Both the position numbers and the translations under genes were made by a program. DNA of 64,000 nucleotides, from contig JAJDBV010000045.1 of NCBI GenBank assembly GCA_029261165.1, positions 13,271 through 77,270 of the forward strand, read 5' to 3'. Of this stretch, positions 40,497 to 48,896 are shown in pieces. The DNA comes from Nitrospirota bacterium. GTDB taxonomy: Bacteria > Nitrospirota > Nitrospiria > SBBL01 > JAADHI01. The notes under the pieces are model-generated. The model searched no databases and was not told the origin of the DNA. It was given only the letters and a program-made list of their open reading frames with translations. Within the stretch, counting starts at the first letter, position 1. Every line of letters begins with the position of its first letter.

Positions 40497-41476
40497 CTAC
40501 TCCATGGTAGTCTCAAGAGATATTTTGGGTGACCAGTCTAAGCAGATCTTTGCCTTAGACGAATCGAGCTTGAGGAGAGCGGCTTCATGTGGCTGTTGCG
40601 AAATCTCCATCTCCCAACACACCTTATGGCCCCATGCGTGCATTAAATAGTCAGCGACTCAGGATACCGGTCTGGCGTCTTCCCGTCTTGGTCCGAAGTT
40701 CAATCCCTCCCCAAATTTTGGACCTTCCTCCCACAGTTTTTCAGCAAGGCTCAGGTATCCGTCTAACGGCTCAAGCACGTGCTTCCAATGACGTACCGCT
40801 TCAGGATATCGAAGAATAATCGGTCGATCTTTCATGAGGGCAGTCATCATATCGGGAACAAGCCGGTCCTCTGCCCAGTCTCCTCCACCGACGACATTGC
40901 CCGCCCGGGCCGTTGCCACTTCGACGCCATTGCTGAAGCCATCGGCCTTTGAAAAGGAGTAATTCCGATACGCGCTTGTGATCAATTCGGAACACCCCTT
41001 GATGCTTGAGTAGGGGTCAAGGCCATCGGATCCGTTTCATTATAGCGAATATCCTGATCCCGATTTTCGTAGCATTTGTCGCTTGTGATATTCACGACAA
41101 CCCGGACATTTTTCGCAAGGCGGATCGCCTCCAAGAGGTTCACTGTCCCGATCACATTTGTTGTATATGTTTCAACCGGGTCCTTATGGGAGGATCGGAC
41201 CAGAGACCGTGCGGCCATATGGATCACGATTTCAGGTTGATGCTCTGATAATATCGATCTTAAAAAAGAAAGATCGCGTAGATCTCCCTCTAACGAAACC
41301 ATACCGCCGGAGACGCCAGCCACTTCAAACAAACTTGGACGGGTAGGAGGGGGGAGCGAATAACCGACAACATGTGCCCCTAGATTTTGTATCCAGAGAG
41401 ACAACCAGCTTCCCTCAAATCCGGTATGTCCGGTGATGAAGACCTTTTTATCTCTCCAGAATTCCGGAGTCATCAC
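40497..41476 (-). pseudogene. rfbG: CDP-glucose 4,6-dehydratase (RfbG/DdhB type) disrupted by one frameshift and one in-frame TGA
   Basis: There are three colinear pieces. 41476-40982 has 'KKVFITGHTGFEGSWL...ITSDKCYEN...ETDPM', then the frame is lost near 41019-41027. 40985-40659 has 'DPYSSIKGCSELITSAYRNYSF...' up to 'RPVS' followed by TGA (40658-40656). The same frame continues with 'VADYLMHAWG...PHEAALLKLDSSKAKICLDWSP' to the TAG at 40499-40497. Confidence 0.8.
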
Positions 41477-41645
41477 CAGGTCCTCTCTTTACATGCAGTA
41501 CAGTAACGATCCAGGGTGCCTGGATAAAGCTTCAGGGCAAGGCGTGAGGAATGCAGAACCGCAGCGCATTTTCTATACGTGAGGATTCGAGTACCATAGC
41601 AACGCAGCCATGGAGCCTTAGACAGGTTGCCTGAGTCGTTACGCA

Positions 41646-42413
41646 TCACCAGACCTTCCAGGGGGCCTTGCCGCTATTCCAAAGGGCTTCTATCCTTTTC
41701 CTATCCCGGAGCGTATCCATCGGTTGCCAGAACCCCTTATGCTGGTATGCCGACAGGTTCCCTTCACTTGCCAGCCGTTCCATCGGCTCCAGTTCCCATG
41801 GTGTTTCATCACCCTCAATGTAATCGATGACATTCGGAGATAGGACAAAAAAACCACCGTTTATCCAAGCCCCGTCGCCTTGAGGTTTTTCCAAAAACCC
41901 ACTCACCATGTCTTTTTTCATCTTCAATGCGCCGTAGCGGCCGGGTGGCTGGACCGCCGTTACTGTGGCGAGTGACTTTTTATCCTTGTGATATTTCACC
42001 AGATTTCCGATGTTGAGGTCGGCCACACCATCGCCATAGGTGAAGCAAAAATCTTTCTTCCCCAAATAATCACGAACCCTTTTTAATCGACCGCCTGTCA
42101 TGGTCCGCTCACCGGTATCGACCAAGGTGACGCGCCAGGGCTCAACATGGTTCTGATGGACTTCCATTTTATTATGGGCCATATCGAAGGTTACATCCGA
42201 CATGTGAAGAAAATAATTGTTGAAATACTCTTTAACAAGATAACCTTTGTATCCAAGGCAGATGATAAAATCATTGATGCCGTAAGTAGAGTAGCTCTTC
42301 ATGATGTGCCACAGGATCGGTTTTCCGCCGATCTCGATCATTGGTTTAGGTTTGACATGCGTCTCCTCACAGATCCGCGTTCCCAGGCCTCCGGCCAGTA
42401 TAACCGCTTTCAA
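41646..42413 (-). CDS. rfbF: Glucose-1-phosphate cytidylyltransferase (RfbF/DdhA)
   Basis: '[40 protein letters not shown]...[14 protein letters not shown]' and '[11 protein letters not shown]'. Confidence 0.9.
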   Translation of the reverse strand: MKAVILAGGLGTRICEETHVKPKPMIEIGGKPILWHIMKSYSTYGINDFIICLGYKGYLVKEYFNNYFLHMSDVTFDMAHNKMEVHQNHVEPWRVTLVDTGERTMTGGRLKRVRDYLGKKDFCFTYGDGVADLNIGNLVKYHKDKKSLATVTAVQPPGRYGALKMKKDMVSGFLEKPQGDGAWINGGFFVLSPNVIDYIEGDETPWELEPMERLASEGNLSAYQHKGFWQPMDTLRDRKRIEALWNSGKAPWKVW

Positions 42414-42473
42414 GGGCTTCTCCTCATTCAGGACAGGGACACTCTGGCTTCCTTGTCTTGCACTTAGCTTTAA

Positions 42474-42489
42474 TGCAATAAACTTGCCA
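42474..42489 (-). promoter_or_regulatory. Near-consensus sigma-54 (-24/-12) promoter upstream of rfbF and the sugar island
   Basis: The minus strand reads TGGCAA-GTTTA-TTGCA, against consensus TGGCAC-N5-TTGCW. It is about 60 nt upstream of the rfbF ATG. Confidence 0.65.
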
Positions 42490-42806
42490 ATACTTCTCCG
42501 CTATCCATAGGTGAACGGCCTAGCGAAATAGAAGGGAAGGTAGTATAAAGCGAGATTAATCTTTTTCTGAAAAGTCCAATACGGTCATGGGCACCCGCAA
42601 TTCAAGATATGAATATCCTAGAATATCAATGGCTTAGATGTATTAAGGGATCTAGAGGGTTGGCGGAAATCGGTGTTTCAGGATTTTTATGCTTTCATCG
42701 GGGTTTGAATAATGCGGCCGTCATTACTTTGACGATCTTCCTGTTTCATATTGACAGGTAACGATTGCCCTTTCTTCGAAAATATCGTTGTAATTGAGGA
42801 GGTGCT

Positions 42807-44030
42807 TTATCGGAGGAAGTCTAAAAGGGATCTCTGGATGAGCTTGGCAAAGGTGGCCCGCGTTGCTTCAAGGACGTTCTGCTGTTGTACGAGGTCGGAA
42901 ATCGCACGGGTAATGTCGACATTTTCCCGTTCGGATTTAAATGTCGCCAGGGTGAGCCTAAGATCCTCCAACATCGACCCATCTGTTTCCGCACGCTTGA
43001 GTCTGGCCCCCAGCAAGGTCCGAGCATTGCTTATCTGGTCATCCGCTCTATCAAGGTTTGCCAGGGCGGTCTGGATGCCGTTGAGATCATTTGTTTCCAA
43101 TGCGGTTTGGAGTCCGCCCACCACTGCGAAAATATCAATTCCGCCGATCGTCCCTTTGAAGAGCCGATCGCCGGGGATGTTCTTGGTGATCGTTGCCCCC
43201 TCTCCGATCAGGACCTTGCTCTCTGCCGAATCTCCAAGATAAGTTCCTGACGGTCGATTGATCGCACCTCCGCCGGACGCAAGCCCCAATAGCGGCTCAG
43301 CCGTTCCGCCAGTGATATTCACATTCGACGCACCCCCCACTGCGGTTGACGTAATGACGAGGTGGTCCGTATCAAAGGTCCCGGTCACTGAGACCCCGGC
43401 TGTCTGAAAAGTCGCGTCTCCATTAATCGCGGTCTGTACGGCTGTCGCCAATTGGGTCCCCGTATAGGTTCCGGCAGCGATGGTCACATTACTGGATACA
43501 CCATCTACGGTGATGTCTAAGCCGTCATTGGCGACCGTAATCGTAATCGGGAGGGAGGGGGAGATGTCCGTTCCGATATACTCGCCTTTTGATACAAACG
43601 GAATTGTTGTGGTCTTGTTTCCTGCAAAGAGGGAATGTCCTGCGAGGGTTGCATTTCCCACGGAAATCATCTGGTCAAAGATCTGTTGCACTTCCTTGGC
43701 AACATTTGCGCGGTCCGCCGCAGAATTCGTGGCATTTGCCATCTGGACGGCCAACTCACGGACCCGAACCAGTTGGTTCTGAACGGTCTGGAGGGCAGAT
43801 TCACTCGTCGAAAGAAAAGATTCTAACTGGTTGATGTTCCTTAGATGCTGATCGACCGTCTCCAGGGATTTTTCAAAACGTAAGACCTGTGCCTGACCGA
43901 TCGGATCATCCGATGGGCGGTTGATCTTTTTTCCTGTGGAGACTTGCTCTTGTGTTTTAATTAGTGCCGTCGTCTGTCGTTGAAGCTGATTGGTGACGGA
44001 ATTAAAAAGCATACGCTCAGATACACGCAT
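42807..44030 (-). CDS. flgL: Hook-filament junction protein FlgL (HAP3)
   Basis: N-terminus 'MRVSERMLFNSVTNQLQRQTTALIKTQEQVSTGKKINRPSDDP'. C-terminus 'ISDLVQQQNVLEATRATFAKL'. Confidence 0.9.
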   Translation of the reverse strand: MRVSERMLFNSVTNQLQRQTTALIKTQEQVSTGKKINRPSDDPIGQAQVLRFEKSLETVDQHLRNINQLESFLSTSESALQTVQNQLVRVRELAVQMANATNSAADRANVAKEVQQIFDQMISVGNATLAGHSLFAGNKTTTIPFVSKGEYIGTDISPSLPITITVANDGLDITVDGVSSNVTIAAGTYTGTQLATAVQTAINGDATFQTAGVSVTGTFDTDHLVITSTAVGGASNVNITGGTAEPLLGLASGGGAINRPSGTYLGDSAESKVLIGEGATITKNIPGDRLFKGTIGGIDIFAVVGGLQTALETNDLNGIQTALANLDRADDQISNARTLLGARLKRAETDGSMLEDLRLTLATFKSERENVDITRAISDLVQQQNVLEATRATFAKLIQRSLLDFLR

Positions 44031-44067
44031 GAGGGTCCCCTTGATATTGTTTAATCACCGATTTTCT

Positions 44068-45717
44068 CTAACGCTTCATGCCGATAATAGTCTGGAGCAA
44101 TTCGTCTGCGACAGAGATGATCCGGGCCGAGGCCTCGTAGGCCCGCTGGAATTTGATCAGGTTGGTCATCTCCTCATCGATCGAAACCCCAGAAGTCTCT
44201 TCTCTCATATTGCTAAGCTGACCCTGGATGATCTCTTCAACTGAAAGGTTGTTTTGAGATAAGCGTGACTCGGACCCCACTTGCCCGATCAAACTGCCGT
44301 AGAAGCTTTGTAAGGTGGCACCCCCCAAGGCTGTGATTCCTTTCTCCTGGAGTGATGCCAGAAGAAGGGCGTTGTCATTTCCGCCCGGCAAGGCGGTCGA
44401 GATATTGGCCGCAGCAATTGCGTTTGGATCGCTCACTGCCACAGACATCGATCCTGCGGCGCCTTGATGGGCGCTGACTTGAAAGGTGTCTCCATTTGCC
44501 GGGACACCGGTGATACTGATCTGAAGCCCTTCAAATGTGATCGTGGTTGGGTCGACATAGGCTCCGGTGGTTGTGGCACCGGTGTCGATATTTCTGACGG
44601 TGACGTTCCCTGGAGAGAAAGTCACATCATAGTCATTGAAGGTTAGAACGCTTGCGTCGGATATGGTCACGCCGACTAGGGCCGACCCGGTATTTGTGGT
44701 CGTGGCCGAAGCCGCTGGATTCAAAGGGCCAAAGAAGTCATTCCCTGTCGAACCATCCAAGCCAACCCCAACGCGATGTTGTTGATTAAACTCATTGATG
44801 AGTCCGGCGGCCAGTTGGTCAAGCTGATTGATGGTGTCGGGAAGGATGGTGTCGCGAAGGTCAAGCAGGCCCTTCAGGCGGCCGTTTGTAATTGCAGTTC
44901 CGATGTCGACTGTTGTTCCGGTTCCCGGATCATACGCAACGGTGACAAAGCTGGCATTACCCGAACCCGGCAGGCCGAGGAGACCCATGGCCCGTCTTCC
45001 TTCAACCAGGACATTTCCATTTCCCACAAAGAGAGTCAACTCCCCTAGATCATTTTCGAAGGTGTTGATGTTTATTTGCTTGGAGAGATCGTTTATGAAA
45101 AGCTGGCGCTGATCCCGAAGGTCATTTGCCTGTTGACCGGTGAGTTCCGCCTGGCTGATCTGTCCGTTCAGGTCTGCAATTTGAACAGCAAGAGAATTTA
45201 TATTGTTAATGGCTCCTGAGATTTCAGAGTTGGTATCCGTCCGAATCTGTTGTAATCGTGCATCGGTTGTTGCGAACATTTGGGTCAGGGCCTGTGAACG
45301 TTCAAGGAGAATGATCCGCTCAGGTTGGCTTTGCGGGTTTGTCGAGAGATCTTGCATTGCCGCAAAAAGATCGGAGAAGGCTTGGTTGATGCCGGTTCCC
45401 TGGGTATCGGTAAAGATCGATTCGACCCGGCGTAGAAACTGTTCTTTGGTCTGAAGCTGGCCAAGATTCGAGTTTCCAGAGGTGATCTGATTTTCGACAA
45501 AACGATCGACGACGCGCCGAATTTCCGTGACGGTCACACCCGTCCCTATCTGTCCGGGTTGTCCATCGAGTGGGCGATGTGCTTCTAGAACTGCCTCCTG
45601 CCGTGTATATCCGGGAGTGTTGGCATTGGCAATGTTCTGGGAAGTAACCGCGAGGGCGTTCTGGTTCGCGAAGAGCGCCAGTCGGCTGAGATTAAACATC
45701 CCTGAAATGCCTTGCAT
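44068..45717 (-). CDS. flgK: Hook-filament junction protein FlgK (HAP1)
   Basis: 'FANQNALAVTSQNIANANTPGYTRQ' at the N-terminus. 'SGVSIDEEMTNLIKFQRAYEASARII' at the C-terminus. Confidence 0.9.
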   Translation of the reverse strand: MQGISGMFNLSRLALFANQNALAVTSQNIANANTPGYTRQEAVLEAHRPLDGQPGQIGTGVTVTEIRRVVDRFVENQITSGNSNLGQLQTKEQFLRRVESIFTDTQGTGINQAFSDLFAAMQDLSTNPQSQPERIILLERSQALTQMFATTDARLQQIRTDTNSEISGAINNINSLAVQIADLNGQISQAELTGQQANDLRDQRQLFINDLSKQININTFENDLGELTLFVGNGNVLVEGRRAMGLLGLPGSGNASFVTVAYDPGTGTTVDIGTAITNGRLKGLLDLRDTILPDTINQLDQLAAGLINEFNQQHRVGVGLDGSTGNDFFGPLNPAASATTTNTGSALVGVTISDASVLTFNDYDVTFSPGNVTVRNIDTGATTTGAYVDPTTITFEGLQISITGVPANGDTFQVSAHQGAAGSMSVAVSDPNAIAAANISTALPGGNDNALLLASLQEKGITALGGATLQSFYGSLIGQVGSESRLSQNNLSVEEIIQGQLSNMREETSGVSIDEEMTNLIKFQRAYEASARIISVADELLQTIIGMKR

Positions 45718-45720
45718 AAC

Positions 45721-46272
45721 TTAACCCTTCGCGATTATTTTTCCGCCTGAGGGGGACTCACAAATTAACCCAGTCGGCTGATATGTGACGGTATTAAAGG
45801 CCATCTGCTTCAGAAGGCCGAGAAGGCTTGTAATCTGTTGAAGAACCCGTTCGACCAGGATGCCGTTCATCTGATTAATATCTTGAATGCTTGCCGAAAG
45901 GGCATCCAGGTGGGCCTGGGAGGAACGCAAGGGCCCCTGATTTTCTGGAGGAACACGATGGATTAATGCCTGAAGACTTATATTCGGGTCCTGAGGAGAC
46001 ATCAGGGCGATCTCTTCTTGCCTCCGTTCTTCGAGGGCCTGTAAGCCTCGGACGACCTCCTCTTTTTTGGCCAGACAACAGACCAGATCCTCGACATCCC
46101 CATTAATAATTAATCGTTTTTCTTCTTGCAAGATGCGCATAAGTTCTTGATATTGTGATATTATCTCATCGAGGATTACATGAAGCCTCGCTGAATCCAT
46201 GTCGGGGGCAGGAGAGCGGCTCACTACGAGCGACAGATCCTCTCCCTTTTGATTTAACGGATACGGTGTCAT
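45721..46272 (-). CDS. flgN: FlgN-like export chaperone for FlgK/FlgL
   Basis: Helical protein with 'LDEIISQYQELMRILQEEKRLIINGDVEDL', positioned between flgM and flgK. The start may be the internal Met at 46200. Confidence 0.65.
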   Translation of the reverse strand: MTPYPLNQKGEDLSLVVSRSPAPDMDSARLHVILDEIISQYQELMRILQEEKRLIINGDVEDLVCCLAKKEEVVRGLQALEERRQEEIALMSPQDPNISLQALIHRVPPENQGPLRSSQAHLDALSASIQDINQMNGILVERVLQQITSLLGLLKQMAFNTVTYQPTGLICESPSGGKIIAKG

Positions 46273-46305
46273 CGACCTATTTTCCCTTCACCATACGGAC
46301 GGGTT

Positions 46306-46608
46306 TTAAATCTCGCCTCGGAGGGCCGCCTGGACCACGTTCTCAGCGATCTTTTCGGGCTGAATCTGAAATGTTCCGGACACAATTTGATTATTTATCT
46401 CGGCAATACGGTCTGCGCGGATATCTGGAAGTGAGGCAATCGAGTCTTTCATGTCGCGAATCACTTGGACCTGCCCTGAAAGATCGATTTTGTCGCTGCG
46501 GGAAGAACCGGACTCGCTTGAATCCTTTGCGGCGCCTCCGCTTACCCCTTGCGTGCCCGGACGAGATATTTCCAGGTGGTGCAGCGGGTCATTTTCTGGG
46601 ATTTTCAT
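46306..46608 (-). CDS. flgM: Anti-sigma-28 factor FlgM
   Basis: 100 aa. 'DKIDLSGQ', then C-terminal 'IRADRIAEINNQIVSGTFQIQPEKIAENVV'. RBS AGGAGA. Confidence 0.8.
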   Translation of the reverse strand: MKIPENDPLHHLEISRPGTQGVSGGAAKDSSESGSSRSDKIDLSGQVQVIRDMKDSIASLPDIRADRIAEINNQIVSGTFQIQPEKIAENVVQAALRGEI

Positions 46609-47020
46609 TTCTGTCTCCTACAGTTACACTGTGACTTAATCGATTATATCTATCTATAGCCTCTCTTCTATCGGTTGTTTCTCCTGAAACCTTTAGACCC
46701 GTTGTTAACTTTTTGATGATGAGGCGAGACAGGCCCATTCCTCCGCTTTCGGTCATTTTTTGAGAAATCTTTTCATCAAAGAGTGACTGATAGATTTCTT
46801 TTCCGGCTCCCCCACCAAAAAGGCCTTCCTTGGGCTGGGTTTTTCTCATCTCTTTCAGAAGCGATTTGATGAAATAGGCCTCAAAGGCGCGGGCGGCCTT
46901 CTTCAGTTGAGCCGCCTGATCGGCCTCTGATGGGGACGTCTTGGATTTACCTCGCTGAATCAGTGGTCTCAGGGGTATGGCTGAGGTCATTTTTGGGATT
47001 GCGCTCTCCGGAAGATCCAT
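46589..47020 (-). CDS. Rod-binding protein (FlgJ N-terminal domain only; no muramidase domain)
   Basis: 143 aa with 'AARAFEAYFIKSLLKEMRKT...GKEIYQSLFDEKISQKM'. It overlaps the flgM start by 20 nt. Confidence 0.75.
   Translation of the reverse strand: MDLPESAIPKMTSAIPLRPLIQRGKSKTSPSEADQAAQLKKAARAFEAYFIKSLLKEMRKTQPKEGLFGGGAGKEIYQSLFDEKISQKMTESGGMGLSRLIIKKLTTGLKVSGETTDRREAIDRYNRLSHSVTVGDRNENPRK
46668..46694 (-). promoter_or_regulatory. Sigma-28-type promoter for flgM, internal to the rod-binding-protein gene
   Basis: The minus strand reads AAAGGTTT (46694-46687), an 11-nt spacer, then ACCGATAG (46675-46668). It is about 60 nt upstream of the flgM ATG. Confidence 0.55.
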
Positions 47021-48189
47021 TATATCATCTCCAGGTCGGCATGAAGCGCACCGGCAGCCTTGATGGCCTGGAGAACCGAGATTAGGTCGCGCGGGGTGAC
47101 ACCAATCGCGTTCAAGCCCCTGATCAGGTCACCAATTGTGGTTCCTCCCCGCATAAGTACAATCTTACTGTCTTCTTCTGTGACGGAGGTTTCCCGTTGT
47201 GGAACGACGACCGTTTCCGACCCTTCGGGTGAAAAAGGAGGAGGTTGGGAGACCTGTAGATCGGTCTGGACACGAATGGTCAGATTTCCATGGGCAATCG
47301 CCACATCTGAGATCTTGACCCGGTCTCCCATGACAATGGTTCCTGTTCGCTCATTCACGACAATTTTAGCCGGAAAATCGATCTCAATATTGAGACTTTC
47401 TATCATGGCAAGCAGTTCAACGCCGTTTCCTGGATAGGATTCACTCAACTGGAGCCGAACGGTTCCGCCATCAACCGGAATTGCTGTCGCAATGGCGGGC
47501 TGAGTCGTTTCCAAGGCCCCGTTGATCGCCTGGGAGACACGCAAGGCCGTCGTAAAATCTTGTTGACGAAGGAGGATGGTGATCTCCTTGTTGTCCGCGA
47601 AAGGGACTGAAACCTCTTTCTCAATTAATGCCCCGCCTGAAATCCTGCCGGCCGTGGGGTGGTTTTTCTGGGTGGAATCACCTCCGCTTCCCCCTAGAAA
47701 TCCGCCGACTGACACAGATCCCTGGACCACGGCATAAACCTCCTGATCGGCCCCTTTGAGCGGTGTCAATAACAAGGTTCCGCCTTGAAGGCTGGTGGCG
47801 TCTCCCATGGAAGAAACAACGACATCAATGCTGCTCCCGGCTTTAACGAAAGGAGGAAGGTCTGCCGTGACCATTACTGCAGCCACATTCTTGACCTTGA
47901 CCGCATTCGGGTCGACGGTGATCCCCATCTTGTTCAACATGCTGGTGAGGGTTTGCACGGTAAATGTTGTGCCCGTCTTATCACCCGTTCCATTCAATCC
48001 AATCACCAGGCCATAGCCGATCAAAGAATTATTCCGAACCCCCTGAATGGTCGCGATGTCTTTGATTCTCGCAGCATGAGAAGCATAACTTAAGAGCATA
48101 ATGACGATAGCACAAAGGACGAGAATGACGGTATATTGTTTTATCGGTTTCAAGCTTTTTATCTCTCCTTCAAAATGGTTATGGAGCAA
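47020..48189 (-). CDS. flgI: Flagellar P-ring protein FlgI
   Basis: 'RIKDIATIQGVRNNSLIGYGLVIGLNGTGDK' and 'LNAIGVTPRDLISVLQAIKAAGAL.A'. Confidence 0.9.
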   Translation of the reverse strand: MLHNHFEGEIKSLKPIKQYTVILVLCAIVIMLLSYASHAARIKDIATIQGVRNNSLIGYGLVIGLNGTGDKTGTTFTVQTLTSMLNKMGITVDPNAVKVKNVAAVMVTADLPPFVKAGSSIDVVVSSMGDATSLQGGTLLLTPLKGADQEVYAVVQGSVSVGGFLGGSGGDSTQKNHPTAGRISGGALIEKEVSVPFADNKEITILLRQQDFTTALRVSQAINGALETTQPAIATAIPVDGGTVRLQLSESYPGNGVELLAMIESLNIEIDFPAKIVVNERTGTIVMGDRVKISDVAIAHGNLTIRVQTDLQVSQPPPFSPEGSETVVVPQRETSVTEEDSKIVLMRGGTTIGDLIRGLNAIGVTPRDLISVLQAIKAAGALHADLEMI

Positions 48190-48193
48190 TGCG

Positions 48194-48892
48194 TTAAAAC
48201 GGCCAAATCCAATCGATGATTCTCATGAGCCAGCCGGGCCTCTGTTTATCATTCAGGACACCGTAGCCTGAGTATTTAATCTCCGCATCGGCGATAAAGG
48301 TGGATAAGATTGTATTCCCAGGGCCGATGTCTTCCGGCCGGATGGTTCCTTTCAGAAAAATAAATTCTTTTTCAGCATTGATAGAGACCTCGCGCCGACC
48401 TTTGATCCGCATGTTCCCATTGGGTAAAACGTCTGTGACCACGGCGGTCACATTCGCCGTGAGCGTCCCGCTCCGACTGGTTGAACCACTGCCGTCAAAG
48501 GAATCCGAAAAGTCGGCACCGGCCCTGAGTTTTGCTGTTGTTGCTGTCGGCAGCCCCAGGATGGAGGTTGTCGATGCATTCAGCGTAGACGTCCGTCCTG
48601 ATTTTGTCTTGGCATCTTTTGTCCCTTTTGCATTTTCAATCACTTTTACGGTGACGATGTCTCCAATATGACTCGCATTGGTGTCCTGGAAGTAGAAGTT
48701 TCTCGATAGGCTGTCTCTCCAGAGCGATCCGCTAGAGCGATCTTCCGGCGAAGGCCGCGTAGGCATGGGTGATGGATGTTCGCTCACCATCTGTTTGATC
48801 TCCTTCGATGTGTGTGAACATCCGACCAGAAGGATCGTGCCCGAAAAAACAGAGACGCCCATCATCATTAATTTATGATAAATTTCTTTCAT
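48194..48892 (-). CDS. flgH: Flagellar L-ring lipoprotein FlgH
   Basis: Lipobox 'LLVGC'. 'GSLWRD...RNFYFQDTNASHIGDIVTVKV' and 'GNMRIKGRREV'. Start at the internal Met (48892), just after the flgA stop. Confidence 0.9.
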   Translation of the reverse strand: MKEIYHKLMMMGVSVFSGTILLVGCSHTSKEIKQMVSEHPSPMPTRPSPEDRSSGSLWRDSLSRNFYFQDTNASHIGDIVTVKVIENAKGTKDAKTKSGRTSTLNASTTSILGLPTATTAKLRAGADFSDSFDGSGSTSRSGTLTANVTAVVTDVLPNGNMRIKGRREVSINAEKEFIFLKGTIRPEDIGPGNTILSTFIADAEIKYSGYGVLNDKQRPGWLMRIIDWIWPF

Positions 48893-48896
48893 TGAT

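Noticed and set aside
40656-40658. The in-frame TGA in the dehydratase gene as selenocysteine, Trp/Gly reassignment or programmed read-through.
   Set aside because: TGA is used as an ordinary stop by neighbouring genes (for example flhG at 606-608 and cheY at 7451-7453). The aligned position in RfbG-type enzymes is not a catalytic Cys. The same gene also has a frameshift, so decay or sequencing error is more parsimonious.
41581-41600. 'GAGGATTCGAGTACC', which resembles a tRNA T-arm (GGTTCGAATCC).
   Set aside because: The flanks have no complementary acceptor, D or anticodon stems, and the arm itself does not base-pair.
42807-42815. CCGATAA on the minus strand overlapping the flgL stop codon, as a possible sigma-28 promoter for the sugar island.
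   Set aside because: No TAAA-type -35 sits at the right distance (AGATCCCT instead). The sigma-54 element at 42474-42489 is a much better candidate.
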